The notes: generated by a model not told the origin, from the letters alone. A stretch of 64,000 nt of DNA from an uncultured Planctomycetota bacterium (GCA_963737655.1 CAVTTN010000002.1:32001-96000); one strand, 5' to 3'. Counted from the stretch's first letter, positions 10,855-21,327 are shown. Program-made: numbers and translations.

Positions 10855-12370
10855 GTAGCCGTTCCCGGCGCGGGTTGCTTGGTCACGTCCGCGCGATTAT
10901 AACGGCGGCATGGACCGGCCGACCTCGATCCCTCAGCACGTCTGGGACAGCCTTTCGGATGAAGCCCGTGTGGTCATCGGCTCCGTCGTCGAGGGATTGG
11001 AACGACGGGTCGCCGAGTTGGAACAGCACGTCCGGGATCTGATGGCCCGCCTAGAACAGGATTCCACCAACAGCTCCAGGCCGCCGTCGTCCGACCCGAT
11101 CGGCGTCAAGCGGAAGCCACCTGCGCCGCCGTCGAGGGAGCGCCGGGGCGGGCAGAAGGCCCATCCGCGTCGGTTGAGGGCCCTGGTGCCGCCCGAGCGC
11201 GTCGCCTCGGTCACCGACTGTAAGCCGACGGAATGCCGGCGCTGTCGACGCCCGTTGAGCGGGGTGGACGCCCAACCCCGGCGCCACCAGGTGGCCGAAC
11301 TGCCGCCGATCGAGCCGGAGGTGCATGAGTGCCGGCTCCATCGCCTCGGTTGCCCCCACTGCAGGACGGTCACCTGCGGGACGCTGCCCGATGGCGTGCC
11401 CCGCACGTCGTTCGGGCCCCGTTTGCACGCGGCCCTCGGCGTGTTGACCGGGGCGTACCGGCTGAGCAAGCGGCAGGTCGTGCAGCTCGGCTCCGACCTC
11501 CTGGGCCTGACGATCTCCGTCGGAATGATCTCCAAGCTGGAGCGGATCACGGCGGAGGTGCTGGAGCAACCGGCGGCCGAGTTGGCCGAGGCGGTGAAGG
11601 CGGCCCAGGCGGCGAACATCGACGAGACGGGCTGGCGGGAGGCGCACCTCAAGGCCTGGCTCTGGGTCGTGGTGACCTCGGTGGGGGTCGTCTTCCGCAT
11701 CGCCCGCTCGCGGGCCGGGGCGGTGGCCGCGGACCTGCTCGGTGAGGAGCCGAAGCCGATCGTCATCAGCGACCGCTGCCCCGGCTACGAGTGGATCAAG
11801 CTGAAGTCGAGGCAAGTTTGCTGGGCCCACCTGCGTCGCGATTTCCAGGCGATGATCGACCGCGATGGCGACGGCGCCGAGGTCGGACGGCAACTGCTCT
11901 GGCAGTCGAACGAGCTGTTCGAATCCTGGCACAAGGTCCGCGACGGCACCATCCAACGATCGACGTTCCATCAATACCTCGCGTGGCTGCGGCCGATGGT
12001 CCGTTCGAGCCTGGGGCGCGGGTCTCGATGTGCCTGTCCGAAGACGGCGGCGACGTGCGGCGAGTTGCTGCGCCTGTGGGATTGCCTGTGGACCTTCACC
12101 CAGGTCGACGGCGTCGAGCCGACGAACAACGCGGCGGAGCGAGCGTTGCGGCACGCCGTGATCTGGCGGCGGATCAGCGGTGGGACTGACAGCGAAGGCG
12201 GGAGCAGGTTCGTGGAGCGGATGCTGTCGGTGGTGGCCACCTGCCGGCTGCAGAAGCGTAGCGTGCTGGAGTACTTGACGCGGTGTCATCAAGCCTATCG
12301 TCACGCCCAACACGTCCCCTCCCTTTTGTCGCCGGCCGCGTCCCTGACTCGCGCCGGGTGATCGTATCCG
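10855..12370 (+). mobile_element. IS66-family element of single-ORF (ISBst12-like) type; transposase 10910-12361
   Basis: STNSSRPPSSD, zinc ribbon, NIDETGW, ISDR, QVCWAHLRR, EPTNNAAERALR. Imperfect ends gtagccgttcccggcgcg / cgcgccgggtgatcgtatc; right boundary approximate. Confidence 0.88.
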
Positions 12371-12390
12371 CTCGCCCTCTCGACGGAGAC

Positions 12391-12744
12391 TCAATGTCGT
12401 GGGGCCACTTCCGCTGTGTCGTTCGGCAACGTCGAATCAGCTGTAATCCTCCCGCGAGCAACGCATTTGTTGCCCTCGTACAGTTCGAACTCCCTGCCCT
12501 CACGAAGTGAGTCGTGCGGTGCCTCGTCAAAGAGGTAATGAACGTCGGCGACCCACCGAAACTCCGTGCTGAGTGATTCACGCTTGACGATGACTAACGA
12601 CCAGGACGCACCTGCCGGGGGCCAAGGATCGTCGAGGAACCGCACTTCGGTGGCATATGCAGGAATTCCGACTCCGAGAGGGGGCCTGGAACGCCCGCCA
12701 TCAGCCTTTGGAATCCAGTCCACTACCGCACACTTCGTGACCAT
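12391..12744 (-). CDS. Putative immunity protein resembling EF-Tu domain III
   Basis: WIPKADGGRSRP...LREGREFELYEGNKCVARGRI parallels EF-Tu LSKEEGGRHTP...GLRFAIREGGRTVGAGVV; its start overlaps the toxin-tip ORF end. Confidence 0.65.
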   Translation of the reverse strand: MVTKCAVVDWIPKADGGRSRPPLGVGIPAYATEVRFLDDPWPPAGASWSLVIVKRESLSTEFRWVADVHYLFDEAPHDSLREGREFELYEGNKCVARGRITADSTLPNDTAEVAPRH

Positions 12745-13046
12745 TTCGATGACTCCAAGGGGCGTGGTTTGAGCGGCGGCAAGTCATCGTTATGGAGATA
12801 ACGCGCCGGGCGATGACCGTCGAGATTCGGACGAGTAGAGAGACTCGGAGCGTTGTTCGGGACGTCAACTTCGATGAGTTTATACTTCCCGTCGGGGAAC
12901 AAGGGACGTGTCCTGCTATTCCCTAGGGCGTGGGACTTGGCGCCTTCGAGGGAGTCGGCAAACCATTTCCCTTCGAGCGAGTTGGGGCCTTGTCGAAGTT
13001 GGCCGGTCTTGAGTATGTCCTGATACTCCGCCTCACTTACCGCACG
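12723..13046 (-). pseudogene. Orphan polymorphic-toxin C-terminal fragment (ART-like), 5' truncated by IS701
   Basis: Open frame of 107 codons with no start: RAVSEAEYQDILKTGQLRQGPNSLEGKWFADSLEGA...YKLIEVDVP...NLDGHRPARYL; begins 1 bp from the IS end. Confidence 0.6.
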
Positions 13047-13047
13047 G

Positions 13048-14948
13048 CTGTACTTTCCGGGATTTTATAGCTTCCGAACCGTCGGTCGGGTCCGAGGCCG
13101 CGCGAGGATTGGAATCAGCCGCTCTCGAGGCTCAGTTCCCAGCCCGTGCTCAGACAGAGTATCTCCCAGCAGTGGGAGACCTGGGCAACGCCCCGGTTGA
13201 CCTGAACCCAGACTCGCTCCACAGGACCGCCGGTACCGAGGTTGAAGGTGACTTCGTATGATTCGGATTCCACGTGGCCGCACATGAAGGAGGGTCGCTG
13301 CTCCAGGGCTCCACTCACCATCTCTGGCAGCGCGATCCCTCGTGCGTTAAGGCTCGCGAGCTTCTCCCGGCCGGACGGTGACCAGTCGAACGCGACATCA
13401 GGGAATACGGCGCGAAGTGACTGCTGGACCGAAGTCGGTGTGCCCAGCGGCTGGCCGTCGTCTCGTTGGAGCGTTCCCTGGATACACACGAGCGGAGCCG
13501 CCTGTCCAAATCGATTAGACGGGGGCCGGCCCGAGCGGGACGATGGCGGTTACCACACCAGCCTGACACCCCGAGCGGAGCCGGCCCCCGATGACATCCT
13601 CGCATCTCACGCCCGCCCCGTGCCAGTGGTTCTCCTGGCTCGCCGTCGCCCTCGACCGTCGCTCCGCTCCCCGGCTCGCCCTGCTGTTCCTCGGCGCCGT
13701 CCTGGCCCGGGGCCGGCGCACCGTCACCACCTGGATCAGGGCGGCCAAGCTCGGCGGTCAATATCAGCGCTGCTACGTCGCCGTGGCGGCCGCCGGCAAG
13801 CGGGCCGATCGCATCGCCCGACGACTGCTGACCGAGGTGGTCCGGCCGCTCCTCAAGGGGGCCACGCGGCTAACCCTCGCCCTGGACGACACCCCGACGA
13901 AGCGGTATGGCCCGCACGTCCAGGGGGCCGGCGTGCATCACAACCCGACACCCGGCCCTGCCGGTTCGCCCTATGTCTACGGCCATGTCTTCGTCGTCCT
14001 GGCCCTGCTCGTGGCCCATCCGTCGTGGGGAGTCGTCGCCCTGCCGCTGCTGGCCCGGCTCTACGTCCGCAAGAAGGACCTGCCGGGCATCGACCCGAAG
14101 CATCGGCCGCCGTTCCGCACCAAGCTGGAAATGGCCGTCGAACTGCTGCGGTGGGCCAAGCCCTGGCTGGGGCTGCTGGGATTGCCGATCCGGGTGGTGG
14201 CCGACGGTGCCTATGCCAAGGCGGCCTTCCTCAAGCCGGCGATGTCACTGGGCATGACGGTCGTCAGCCGACTCAGAAAGGATGCGGCGTTGCGGACGTT
14301 GCCCGGCCCACGGCCGGCGGGGAAGCGGGGCCGGCCGCGGACCTACGGGGAGGAAAAGATCGACCTGGCCAAGCGAGGCGGCCAGCGGCGTGGCTGGTCG
14401 TCCGACACGTTCGACCTTTACGGGCAGAAGGCGGTCAAGAAGTACAAGACGTTCCTGGCGACCTGGCGGCCGGCCGGTGGCGCGATCCGAGTGGTGCTGG
14501 TCGATGAGCCGACCGGATGGCGGGCCTATTTCTGCTCCGACACCGAGGCGAGCGTGGCCGACATCCTGGGGATGGTGTCCGACCGGTTCAGCCTGGAGAT
14601 CACCTTTCGCGAGTGCAAGCAGGTCGTCGGGGCGGGCCAACAGCAGGTGCGGTTCATCTGGGCGAACATCGGGGCGTTCCACGTCTGCCTGTGGACGTTC
14701 ACGCGGACCGAGGCGTGGGCCTGGGGCCGGAAGCAGGAGGAGTTGGTAGACCGCTCGGGCTCGCCGTGGGATAGCTCGCCGCGCCGTCCGAGCCACGCGG
14801 ACAAGCGGCGGGCGTGGCGTCGTGAATTGCTGGGCGAGGAGATTCGTGCGACTCTACGCCCGGGGGCGACCGAGGCGGAAATCCCGGCCATGGCAGAAAG
14901 GCTGCTCAGCTTGGCCGCATGAGATATACATTCACCCGGAAAGTACAG
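13048..14948 (+). mobile_element. IS701-family element (transposase 13591-14922) carrying a passenger ORF
   Basis: Perfect 14-bp IRs ctgtactttccggg at 13048-13061 and 14935-14948. DDE motifs LALDDT, VVADGAY, RFSLEITFRECKQ. No target duplication. Confidence 0.88.
13115..13489 (-). CDS. Hypothetical protein inside the IS701 boundaries
   Basis: 124-aa ORF with normal protein composition, divergent from the transposase. Confidence 0.6.
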   Translation of the reverse strand: MCIQGTLQRDDGQPLGTPTSVQQSLRAVFPDVAFDWSPSGREKLASLNARGIALPEMVSGALEQRPSFMCGHVESESYEVTFNLGTGGPVERVWVQVNRGVAQVSHCWEILCLSTGWELSLESG

Positions 14949-14949
14949 T

Positions 14950-15708
14950 TACGAAACCATCTTCGGGACAGGTCGCCTCCTGGCTGCCCTGGCGGTTGGG
15001 ATTCCCGCTCTCACCGCCCAGATTTTCCCCGGCCCGATGACAGAGCAGGAAAAGGCGCTCAAGCGGCTGGCGGAGAACCTGCACCGTAAGAACTACACCG
15101 GCTATGAGCAGGTGGTGCGCATCACCGAGCTGGCGGAGCTGACGGGCAAGCAGGGCAAGGATCTGGCCGAAGCGCTCAACTGCGATCCGTCGTGGGTGTC
15201 GCGCATGCGGTCAGTGGCGAAGCTCCGGCCCGAATGGCTGGAGGCGTTGCGGGCCGAGCAGGTGACGATTTCCGACTGCTCCGAGGCCAACAAGCTCAGC
15301 ATCGACGATCAGGTGATCCTGCTGGAGTCGAAGCTTTCCGGCCATGCCATCGGACGCGAGGGAATGAAGGCCGCCGCACAGAAGCTACGGCAGGGCGGAG
15401 GCAAGTCGGCTAATTCAACGCCGCCCGAGCGCAGCAACCGCGTCAAAATCCCGCTCGCCATGACTTTGAAGGAACCGGACGCAGCCGGGAAGGTCACAGA
15501 GGTGAATATCCGGGGCATCGTCACCGTGGCCAGCCATCCGGGTGAGGAGGTTGACTTGGAAGGCTCGGAAACGCTGCTGCATGAAGCGTTGCGGGCCGTG
15601 CGCGCCGCACGGACACGAGGGCTCGGCCTCAAGGCCGCGCAAGCTTCCTGGAAAGATATGGCGGCAATGAAGGCGAAGACCGCGCCCGCTCCGCCCGCCG
15701 CGGACTGA
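14950..15708 (+). pseudogene. ParB-family protein, N-terminally truncated by IS701
   Basis: In frame upstream of ATG 15037 is YETIFGTGRLLAALAVGIPALTAQI, followed by LAENLHRKN and HTH KDLAEALNCDPSWVSR. Confidence 0.8.
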
Positions 15709-16217
15709 TCCCGGTAGCAACTCGATTCAGTAGGCCCACCGGAGCGTTACCGGCGGGGGAGTTCGGAAATCTGCGCAAAAAAAGGACGGCGGTGTGGTGG
15801 CCGCCGTCGCGATTCAAGCAATTTACCCCAACTCAGGAACCCGCGCAATGAAAAAAGACCGACGACCATGGCCCTTATTGCGGCTGCATCAAATGCAAGC
15901 CGCTCGACGCTGCCGACCCCGCAGAAACGGGCGAGTGGCCAGCCCTCACACCGGATGCATTGGCTGCTCGGGAGGAAGGGGGAGGTGCCGGTACTCTCAC
16001 CGGCATGCAGGGAAACCCCGCACTGTCACGCCTGAAAGGAGGTGGCGTTCCCCCAGCCAATCGCCGGTGACTGGCCAACCCTACTAAGCAGTAGTTTCCC
16101 TGGAAATCGACACTCTCGTCGCGACGTCGCGTAGCATCTCCGTCCCCTCGACGCCGCCGAGCGGCTCCCGAGGCCCTGAAAACCAGGCGTCCGACACCTT
16201 GAGTGCGTCGGATCCAT

Positions 16218-17670
16218 CTGCGATACTTCATCGCGGCCTACACTCAGGCCACTTTCTCCTCGTGTTTCAGCCAGTTCGAGAGGAGACGCTGGATTTCCGG
16301 CCGATGACGCCTCAGCAACCGCTCCACGTCCAGCACGCTCGCTCGGTCCTTCTTCTTGTTCCACGGCGGCGGCGACCACCAATCCGTGCATCCTCGCTCA
16401 TCCAACGCGAATTGCAACAGCCGCAGCAGGCTCATAGTGATCCATTGCACCTGCGTCGTCCGCTCGATCGGCGACTTCGTCCAGGCTCGACACTCCTCCC
16501 ATCCCAGCCTCTGCTTCAGGTCCCGGAACCCGTCCTCCTGGCGGAACCTCGCGGCGAACAACTCGACCATCTCCAACCCGCTCAGACCCAACGCCGAACT
16601 CACCACCGTGAATCGCTTCTGGTAACCCTCGACCTCGGCCACCACCGCCTTGACCGTCACGTCATGTCCGAGCACCCGCCAGAGGCAGGCGATCTCCTTC
16701 CAACGGACCTTTCGCACCCGGCCGTAGATAAAGGCCTCGCCCTTCTTCCAATCCCCGGGCCAGCGTCCCCCCTGGCGAGGCGGGGACAGCTTCTTGCCCC
16801 ACACGGGAGTCCGGCCTCGTTTCCCCTTGGGTCGCTTGGCCGGCGGCAGGGCGTGGAGTCGGGCGTCGTGCCGCAACCGGGTCAGGAAGTCGATGCGAGG
16901 CAAGCCCTCTTCGGCCATGACCAGTGGCCGAACGACATTCTTCAGGGCGTAGCCGCCGTCGAAGACGCCCAGGTGAGGCCCGGCGTTGATCCGGGCCTGT
17001 TCCCGCAGCAGTTCGACGGCCAGTTCGCACTTGGTCCGGAAGACCTGCTTGGGGCCGGCGACGCCACAGCGGAAGGGGAGTTGCGACTTGCGGAAGTAGA
17101 GCCGCCCGGAGATCGGCAGATACCAGGCGGGCTGGCCATCGTTCTTGAGCAAGGCCCCGAGGCAGACCCAGTTGTGAGCCCGGACGGTGGTGGCCCGGTT
17201 GGGACAGCGAGCGGTGTATTCGTGGAAGGTGCATGTGCCCCAGACGTGCTCGCCCGAGCGATGGACCTTGGTGTCATCGACGGCCGAGATCCGATAGCCG
17301 TGCCAGATCCGGCCGGGAGCCTCGTCGATGAGTCCGGAGAGGTTGCTGGTGAGGATCTCGGGCTTCCAGACGGCGTACTCGGCGAAGGATTCCAGGGCCT
17401 TCCAGTCGGCCAGTCGCTCGATGGCGACGACCGACTGGGTGATGGTGTGCTCCTCGACGTTGAGGGATAGAGCGGTGACCCACTCGACGAAGCGGCGGTA
17501 GCCGGGTCGAGTGAATGCGGAGGCGAAGGGTTTGAGGAGTAGTTGCCAGAGGGACCAGACGACTGTAGCCTGCCGCATCGGGGCATCTCCGTTTGCGGAG
17601 TTGATGGGAGGGTAAGCACCCATCAAGGTCCGCTGGGGAGATGCCCCGCTCAAGATATACGGAACTTCAG
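16218..17670 (-). mobile_element. Second IS701-like element; transposase 16244-~17578
   Basis: SAVDDTK, VFDGGYA, RFRQEDGFRDLKQ. End cggaacttcag at 17670; other end uncertain. Confidence 0.82.
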
Positions 17671-17822
17671 ATCGGTTGCTCGATTTTCAGGGAAACTACT
17701 GACTAAGGGCGCTCCATCGGTTTCGACTTTTCTACGCTCCACCGATTTCACAGCACCCCGTTCGCACGGGATTCAACGACCAAACTAAATCACAGTTCCA
17801 CCCTTCGCACAAGGACATTTCG

Positions 17823-18131
17823 ATGCTCAAGAATTTCAGCGAGTCCCTGAGGAACACGATCCAGCTCATCACCAGCCTCGTCCAGCTCGGCATCCTGCTG
17901 GCCGTAATCGGCGGCGGCTGGTGGGTCTACGACAAGATCAGCAACATCGGCAAGCACATGCCGAGCCTTCCCAGCATGGCCGACATCGTGCCGCCGAAGA
18001 TCGAGGTGAAGGTGCCGGACGTGAAGCTGCCCGACATCAACATGACCGACCTCACCGTGCCCGAGATGCTGTTCGGTCGGAAACAAAGGCCGGTGGATAA
18101 CGGGCACTTATGGCAGTTTGATGAACCTTGA
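17823..18131 (+). CDS. Small membrane-anchored hypothetical protein
   Basis: One TM segment (LGILLAVIGGGWWVY), Pro-rich tail, AAGGA RBS. Confidence 0.7.
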   Translation: MLKNFSESLRNTIQLITSLVQLGILLAVIGGGWWVYDKISNIGKHMPSLPSMADIVPPKIEVKVPDVKLPDINMTDLTVPEMLFGRKQRPVDNGHLWQFDEP

Positions 18132-18254
18132 CTTGGAAAGAAAGCGGTATTGCAGAGAACACGGCTGCCTTTCGAGCGAGCACAATCACTCTCCCGGCGT
18201 CGATGGTGGAATCCTTCGAGGCGCGCGAGCGATGGCAAAGTTGATGGGACGCCT

Positions 18255-19767
18255 ATGACAACCATCGCCGTCGGCCTCATCCTCGGGGTGCTGTTCTGGC
18301 TGCTCAGGCAGCGCGAGCGGCGAACAGCGCCCCCAATGTCACCCAAAGACCCACTCGATTCACCCTTGATGTTCTGGTCGCCCAAAGACCCATTGACACA
18401 ACGCGATTTGTTTAGGTCGGTATGCGTTATGGGTTCATCAGGCTCAGGGAAAACATCGGGCGTCGGTTTCCAACTCGGCAAGGCGCTGGCGCGCGCGAAA
18501 AACTGTCGATGCTCATCTTCGCATCGAAACCGGAGGACCGCAAATTTTGGCAAAGCATCGCCGGGGCCGCCGGGAAGGAGCTAATCACGTTCGCGCCCGG
18601 CGAGCCGCACCGCTTCAACTTCATGGATTTCGAGTCGAGGCATGCCAATGTTTCAGCGCGGGAACTGACACAAAGCATCCTTATCGCGGCGGAAACGCTG
18701 ACAAAATCGGAGGGCGGCACTACAGAAAGTTTCTGGAAGATCAACAAGGCCCGCGTGCTGCAAAACGGCATCGAGCCGCTGTTGCAAGCCTACGGCAAAC
18801 TCGACCTGTACGACTTGCAGCGGTTCATCACCGACGCGGCGAAATCGCTGGATCAGTTCGCCTCGGAGCAATGGAAGGCCGGATACCACCACGAAGCCAT
18901 GGGCAAGGCTTATGAGAATTGCAACAAGCGAAAAGTGGAGGGCAAAGCAGGTGTGGGAATAGCCGCACACGATCTGGATGTAGCATTTGAATTCTGGGGC
19001 GAATGGGCGGCGATGAATGATCGCACCCGCTCGTCAATCCTGGCCGACGTGATGGCCACGCTGTTCGTCTATAACACTGGCGAAGTGAAGGAGATGATCG
19101 GCACCAGAACGACGATCAGCCCGGACATATTCGAGCAGGGGCCTGGCTGTTTGTGGATTATCCCGTTGCCAACTTCGGGGCGGCTGGTTCCTTCATCATG
19201 GGCGCATGGAAGCTCTCCGCTCAGAAATACATCCTGCGCAGAGCGGCCACGGAAACGACGCCGACGCTGGTGATCTGGGCTGATGAATACCAAAACGTCA
19301 TGTCCAGCTTCGATGCCCCTTTCCTCGCGGAATGCCGCTCGCACCGTGCAGCGATGGTCGTACTGACGCAATCCATCCACAGCTTCTTTTCATCCATCGG
19401 TGGTAAGGAGGCGCACAGCCAAACCAAGGCCCTGCTGACGAATTTCGGCACCAAAATCTTCACGGCGCTGGGGGACGAGGAATCGGCCAAATTCGCCAGC
19501 TCGCACATCAGCCGCACGATCATCCGGCTGGCCAGCTCATCGCGGTCAGGCGCGGCCAAAATGTTCAACGAGTTCTCCGGCAATTACAACCTCAGCACCT
19601 CGCTGAGTGAGTCCGTCAGCGAGAGGCTATTGCCGGGGCTTTTCATGAACGGGCACAAGACAGGCGGCCCGGAAAACGGCTGCATCGTCACCGCCTGGGT
19701 CATCAGGAACGGCGAAAGTTTCTCCAACGGGGAAAACGCCATGCTGGTTGGATTCTCACAGAAATGA
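18255..19767 (+). CDS. VirD4/TraD-like type IV coupling protein, split by frameshifts at ~18500 and ~19140
   Basis: N-terminal TM, Walker A GSSGSGKT, RFNFMDFE, Walker B IWADEYQ, ECRS..VVLTQS, LLTNFGTKIF. Confidence 0.85.
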
Positions 19768-19814
19768 CCATATCGGTGGCTTCACCGAAATGGTTTCCAT
19801 CAAGAGGAGCAACT

Positions 19815-20381
19815 ATGTCAGAAGGCTATGAACAGCAGCCGAAACCCTCGCTGCGGGAAATCGCCGCCAACACGATGCTGGTGAGGCACACCATCGTCAC
19901 CGTCCACAAGCTCTGCCTCGCCGTCTTCATGCGGCGCGGCTTCGGAACCAAGGCGTTCGACCCCTACGGGTTCTTCGCCCTCGTCGTGCTCATCGGCCTA
20001 TCGGCGGCTTACCCGGTGCTTTACACCTTCATGGTGGTCTGGTTCTTCACCCTCGTCGCGCAGCGCATCGACACCTTCCGGCTTTACCTCAAGGGCTATC
20101 GCGGGCATAGCCGCTATCACGGCTTTCCGTGGCTGGCCGGGCTCATGCCCAACGTCAAAACGCCGGAGCAGGCACTCAGGTTCGAGCCGTTCATGTGCCT
20201 GTTCGTCGGGCTTTTCATCGCCACATTCAGCGCGCCGCTGGGCGTCTTCGTCATGGCCGGGTTCGTTTCATTCCCCGTCAGCATGGCAATTGAGGAAATC
20301 TCGCTTCGCCGCGAGGTGCAGGAGATGAACGATTCGGAGATTGAGATGGAAAACATCTCCGAGCGTTTCCGGCGGCAGTGA
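19815..20381 (+). CDS. Multi-pass membrane hypothetical protein
   Basis: AGAGGAG RBS, about 4 hydrophobic segments, co-oriented with the coupling protein. Confidence 0.75.
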   Translation: MSEGYEQQPKPSLREIAANTMLVRHTIVTVHKLCLAVFMRRGFGTKAFDPYGFFALVVLIGLSAAYPVLYTFMVVWFFTLVAQRIDTFRLYLKGYRGHSRYHGFPWLAGLMPNVKTPEQALRFEPFMCLFVGLFIATFSAPLGVFVMAGFVSFPVSMAIEEISLRREVQEMNDSEIEMENISERFRRQ

Positions 20382-20469
20382 TGGCAGCAGGGGCAGGAAT
20401 CGAACCTGCGACCCGCCCGGAAACGGACGAACCGCACTTCCGGGCTGCTCTCCCCTGAGCTACGCCGCC
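20382..20469 (-). ncRNA. tRNA-like RNA with an extended hairpin in place of the anticodon loop
   Basis: GGCGGCG-TA-GCTC-AGGGGA-GAGC-A-[31-nt hairpin]-GGGTC-GCAGG-TTCGATT-CCTGC-CCCTGCT-G-CCA. Confidence 0.8.
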
Positions 20470-20515
20470 ACGGATTTCAGACCACGTTTCTCTACCTCAG
20501 TCAAGGAGTTTCACA

Positions 20516-20989
20516 GTGGCAAAAGAACCCACGTCGATGATCGGGCACCTGCACAGCGCGGTGCAGCGGAGCGGGCGCGCCGTCTTCATGAACCCCGTTA
20601 CCAGATTCATCGGGCGCACCGTCGTCGAGATGGGCGAAAGGCTCATCCCGCACGGGGCAAACGAGCTTGGCAATGCCATCTACACCGGCAGCGCCTACGC
20701 ACCCCCCGTCCTCCACACCCCGGATCAGGGCAATGTCCACGGCACGGGCGCGGCACAGAAGAAGGAGGAACCCGCGCCGAAAGTCGAGCAGGTCTCTTCG
20801 CCCCAACCGGCCAGCGGGTGGGGGTATCAAGCGCCCATGGGGTTCAGGGAGGTCGGATACCGCGACAACGCCAAGATCGTTGACATGCAGCCGCAACTCG
20901 AAGGAGCCAAACAAGATTACAACGCTCGCCTCGAAGCGGCGGCGGCGCGGGCACCCAAGAGTGACAAGGGACAAGACCATGTTCGTTGA
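20516..20989 (+). CDS. Hypothetical protein with C-terminal YxxRLxxAAARxP...DxxR motif
   Basis: AAGGAG RBS, GTG start; stop overlaps the next gene. Confidence 0.75.
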   Translation: MAKEPTSMIGHLHSAVQRSGRAVFMNPVTRFIGRTVVEMGERLIPHGANELGNAIYTGSAYAPPVLHTPDQGNVHGTGAAQKKEEPAPKVEQVSSPQPASGWGYQAPMGFREVGYRDNAKIVDMQPQLEGAKQDYNARLEAAAARAPKSDKGQDHVR

Positions 20990-21161
20990 TTCGCAAGCGG
21001 CTGATCCGGCCATCCACCGGATCGCGATCACCATCGCTCTCCAGTGTCGGCATATCATCCAGGGATGCTTGCGCGAAGAAGAATGGCATGACGCCGACTT
21101 GGCCTTTTACCGAATCGTTCGCGAGGCGCTCGAAAAACCCAAACGTCAGGAGGAGGTCTGA
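20979..21161 (+). CDS. 60-aa conserved hypothetical protein (paralog of 8882-9082)
   Basis: MFVDSQAAD...IALQCRHIIQGCLREEEWHDADLAFYRIVREALE. Confidence 0.8.
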   Translation: MFVDSQAADPAIHRIAITIALQCRHIIQGCLREEEWHDADLAFYRIVREALEKPKRQEEV

Positions 21162-21163
21162 AC

Positions 21164-21325
21164 ATGCTGCTCGTAGAACTGCGAGACGAAGACGGGTTCG
21201 ACGACCACGATCGGGCACGGGCTTCGGACATGGAGGAAAGCCGCCCGATTTACCCGCGCATCTTCCTCGCCGAAGAAGAAGCGCCGGACCACGAAGAGGT
21301 ACAACCCGACGAACCGGAGGCGTGA
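21164..21325 (+). CDS. 53-aa acidic hypothetical protein
   Basis: GGAGG RBS; MLLVELRDEDGFDD...QPDEPEA; fills the gap between neighbours with 2-bp spacing. Confidence 0.55.
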   Translation: MLLVELRDEDGFDDHDRARASDMEESRPIYPRIFLAEEEAPDHEEVQPDEPEA

Positions 21326-21327
21326 TC

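Noticed and set aside
15720..16210. oriT or small ORF (15849-16087) downstream of parB
   Set aside because: A hairpin and an Arg-rich ORF are present, but there is no recognisable nick site or motif to support a call.
13048..17670. Composite transposon formed by the two IS701-like elements around parB
   Set aside because: The transposases are very divergent, their ends differ, and there is no flanking target duplication.
18495..19145. Programmed frameshifting or phase variation in the coupling protein
   Set aside because: The runs are short and similar indels occur throughout conserved genes, so sequencing error is more parsimonious. Only the IS630 A7 site fits a known programmed shift.
20413..20440. 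Idea that the tRNA-like RNA has a 14-nt intron spliced with help from KptA
   Set aside because: Removing 14 nt at the canonical 37/38 position leaves loop GAAGTGC with no pyrimidine-U at 32-33, so no canonical anticodon; no splicing endonuclease or ligase is visible.
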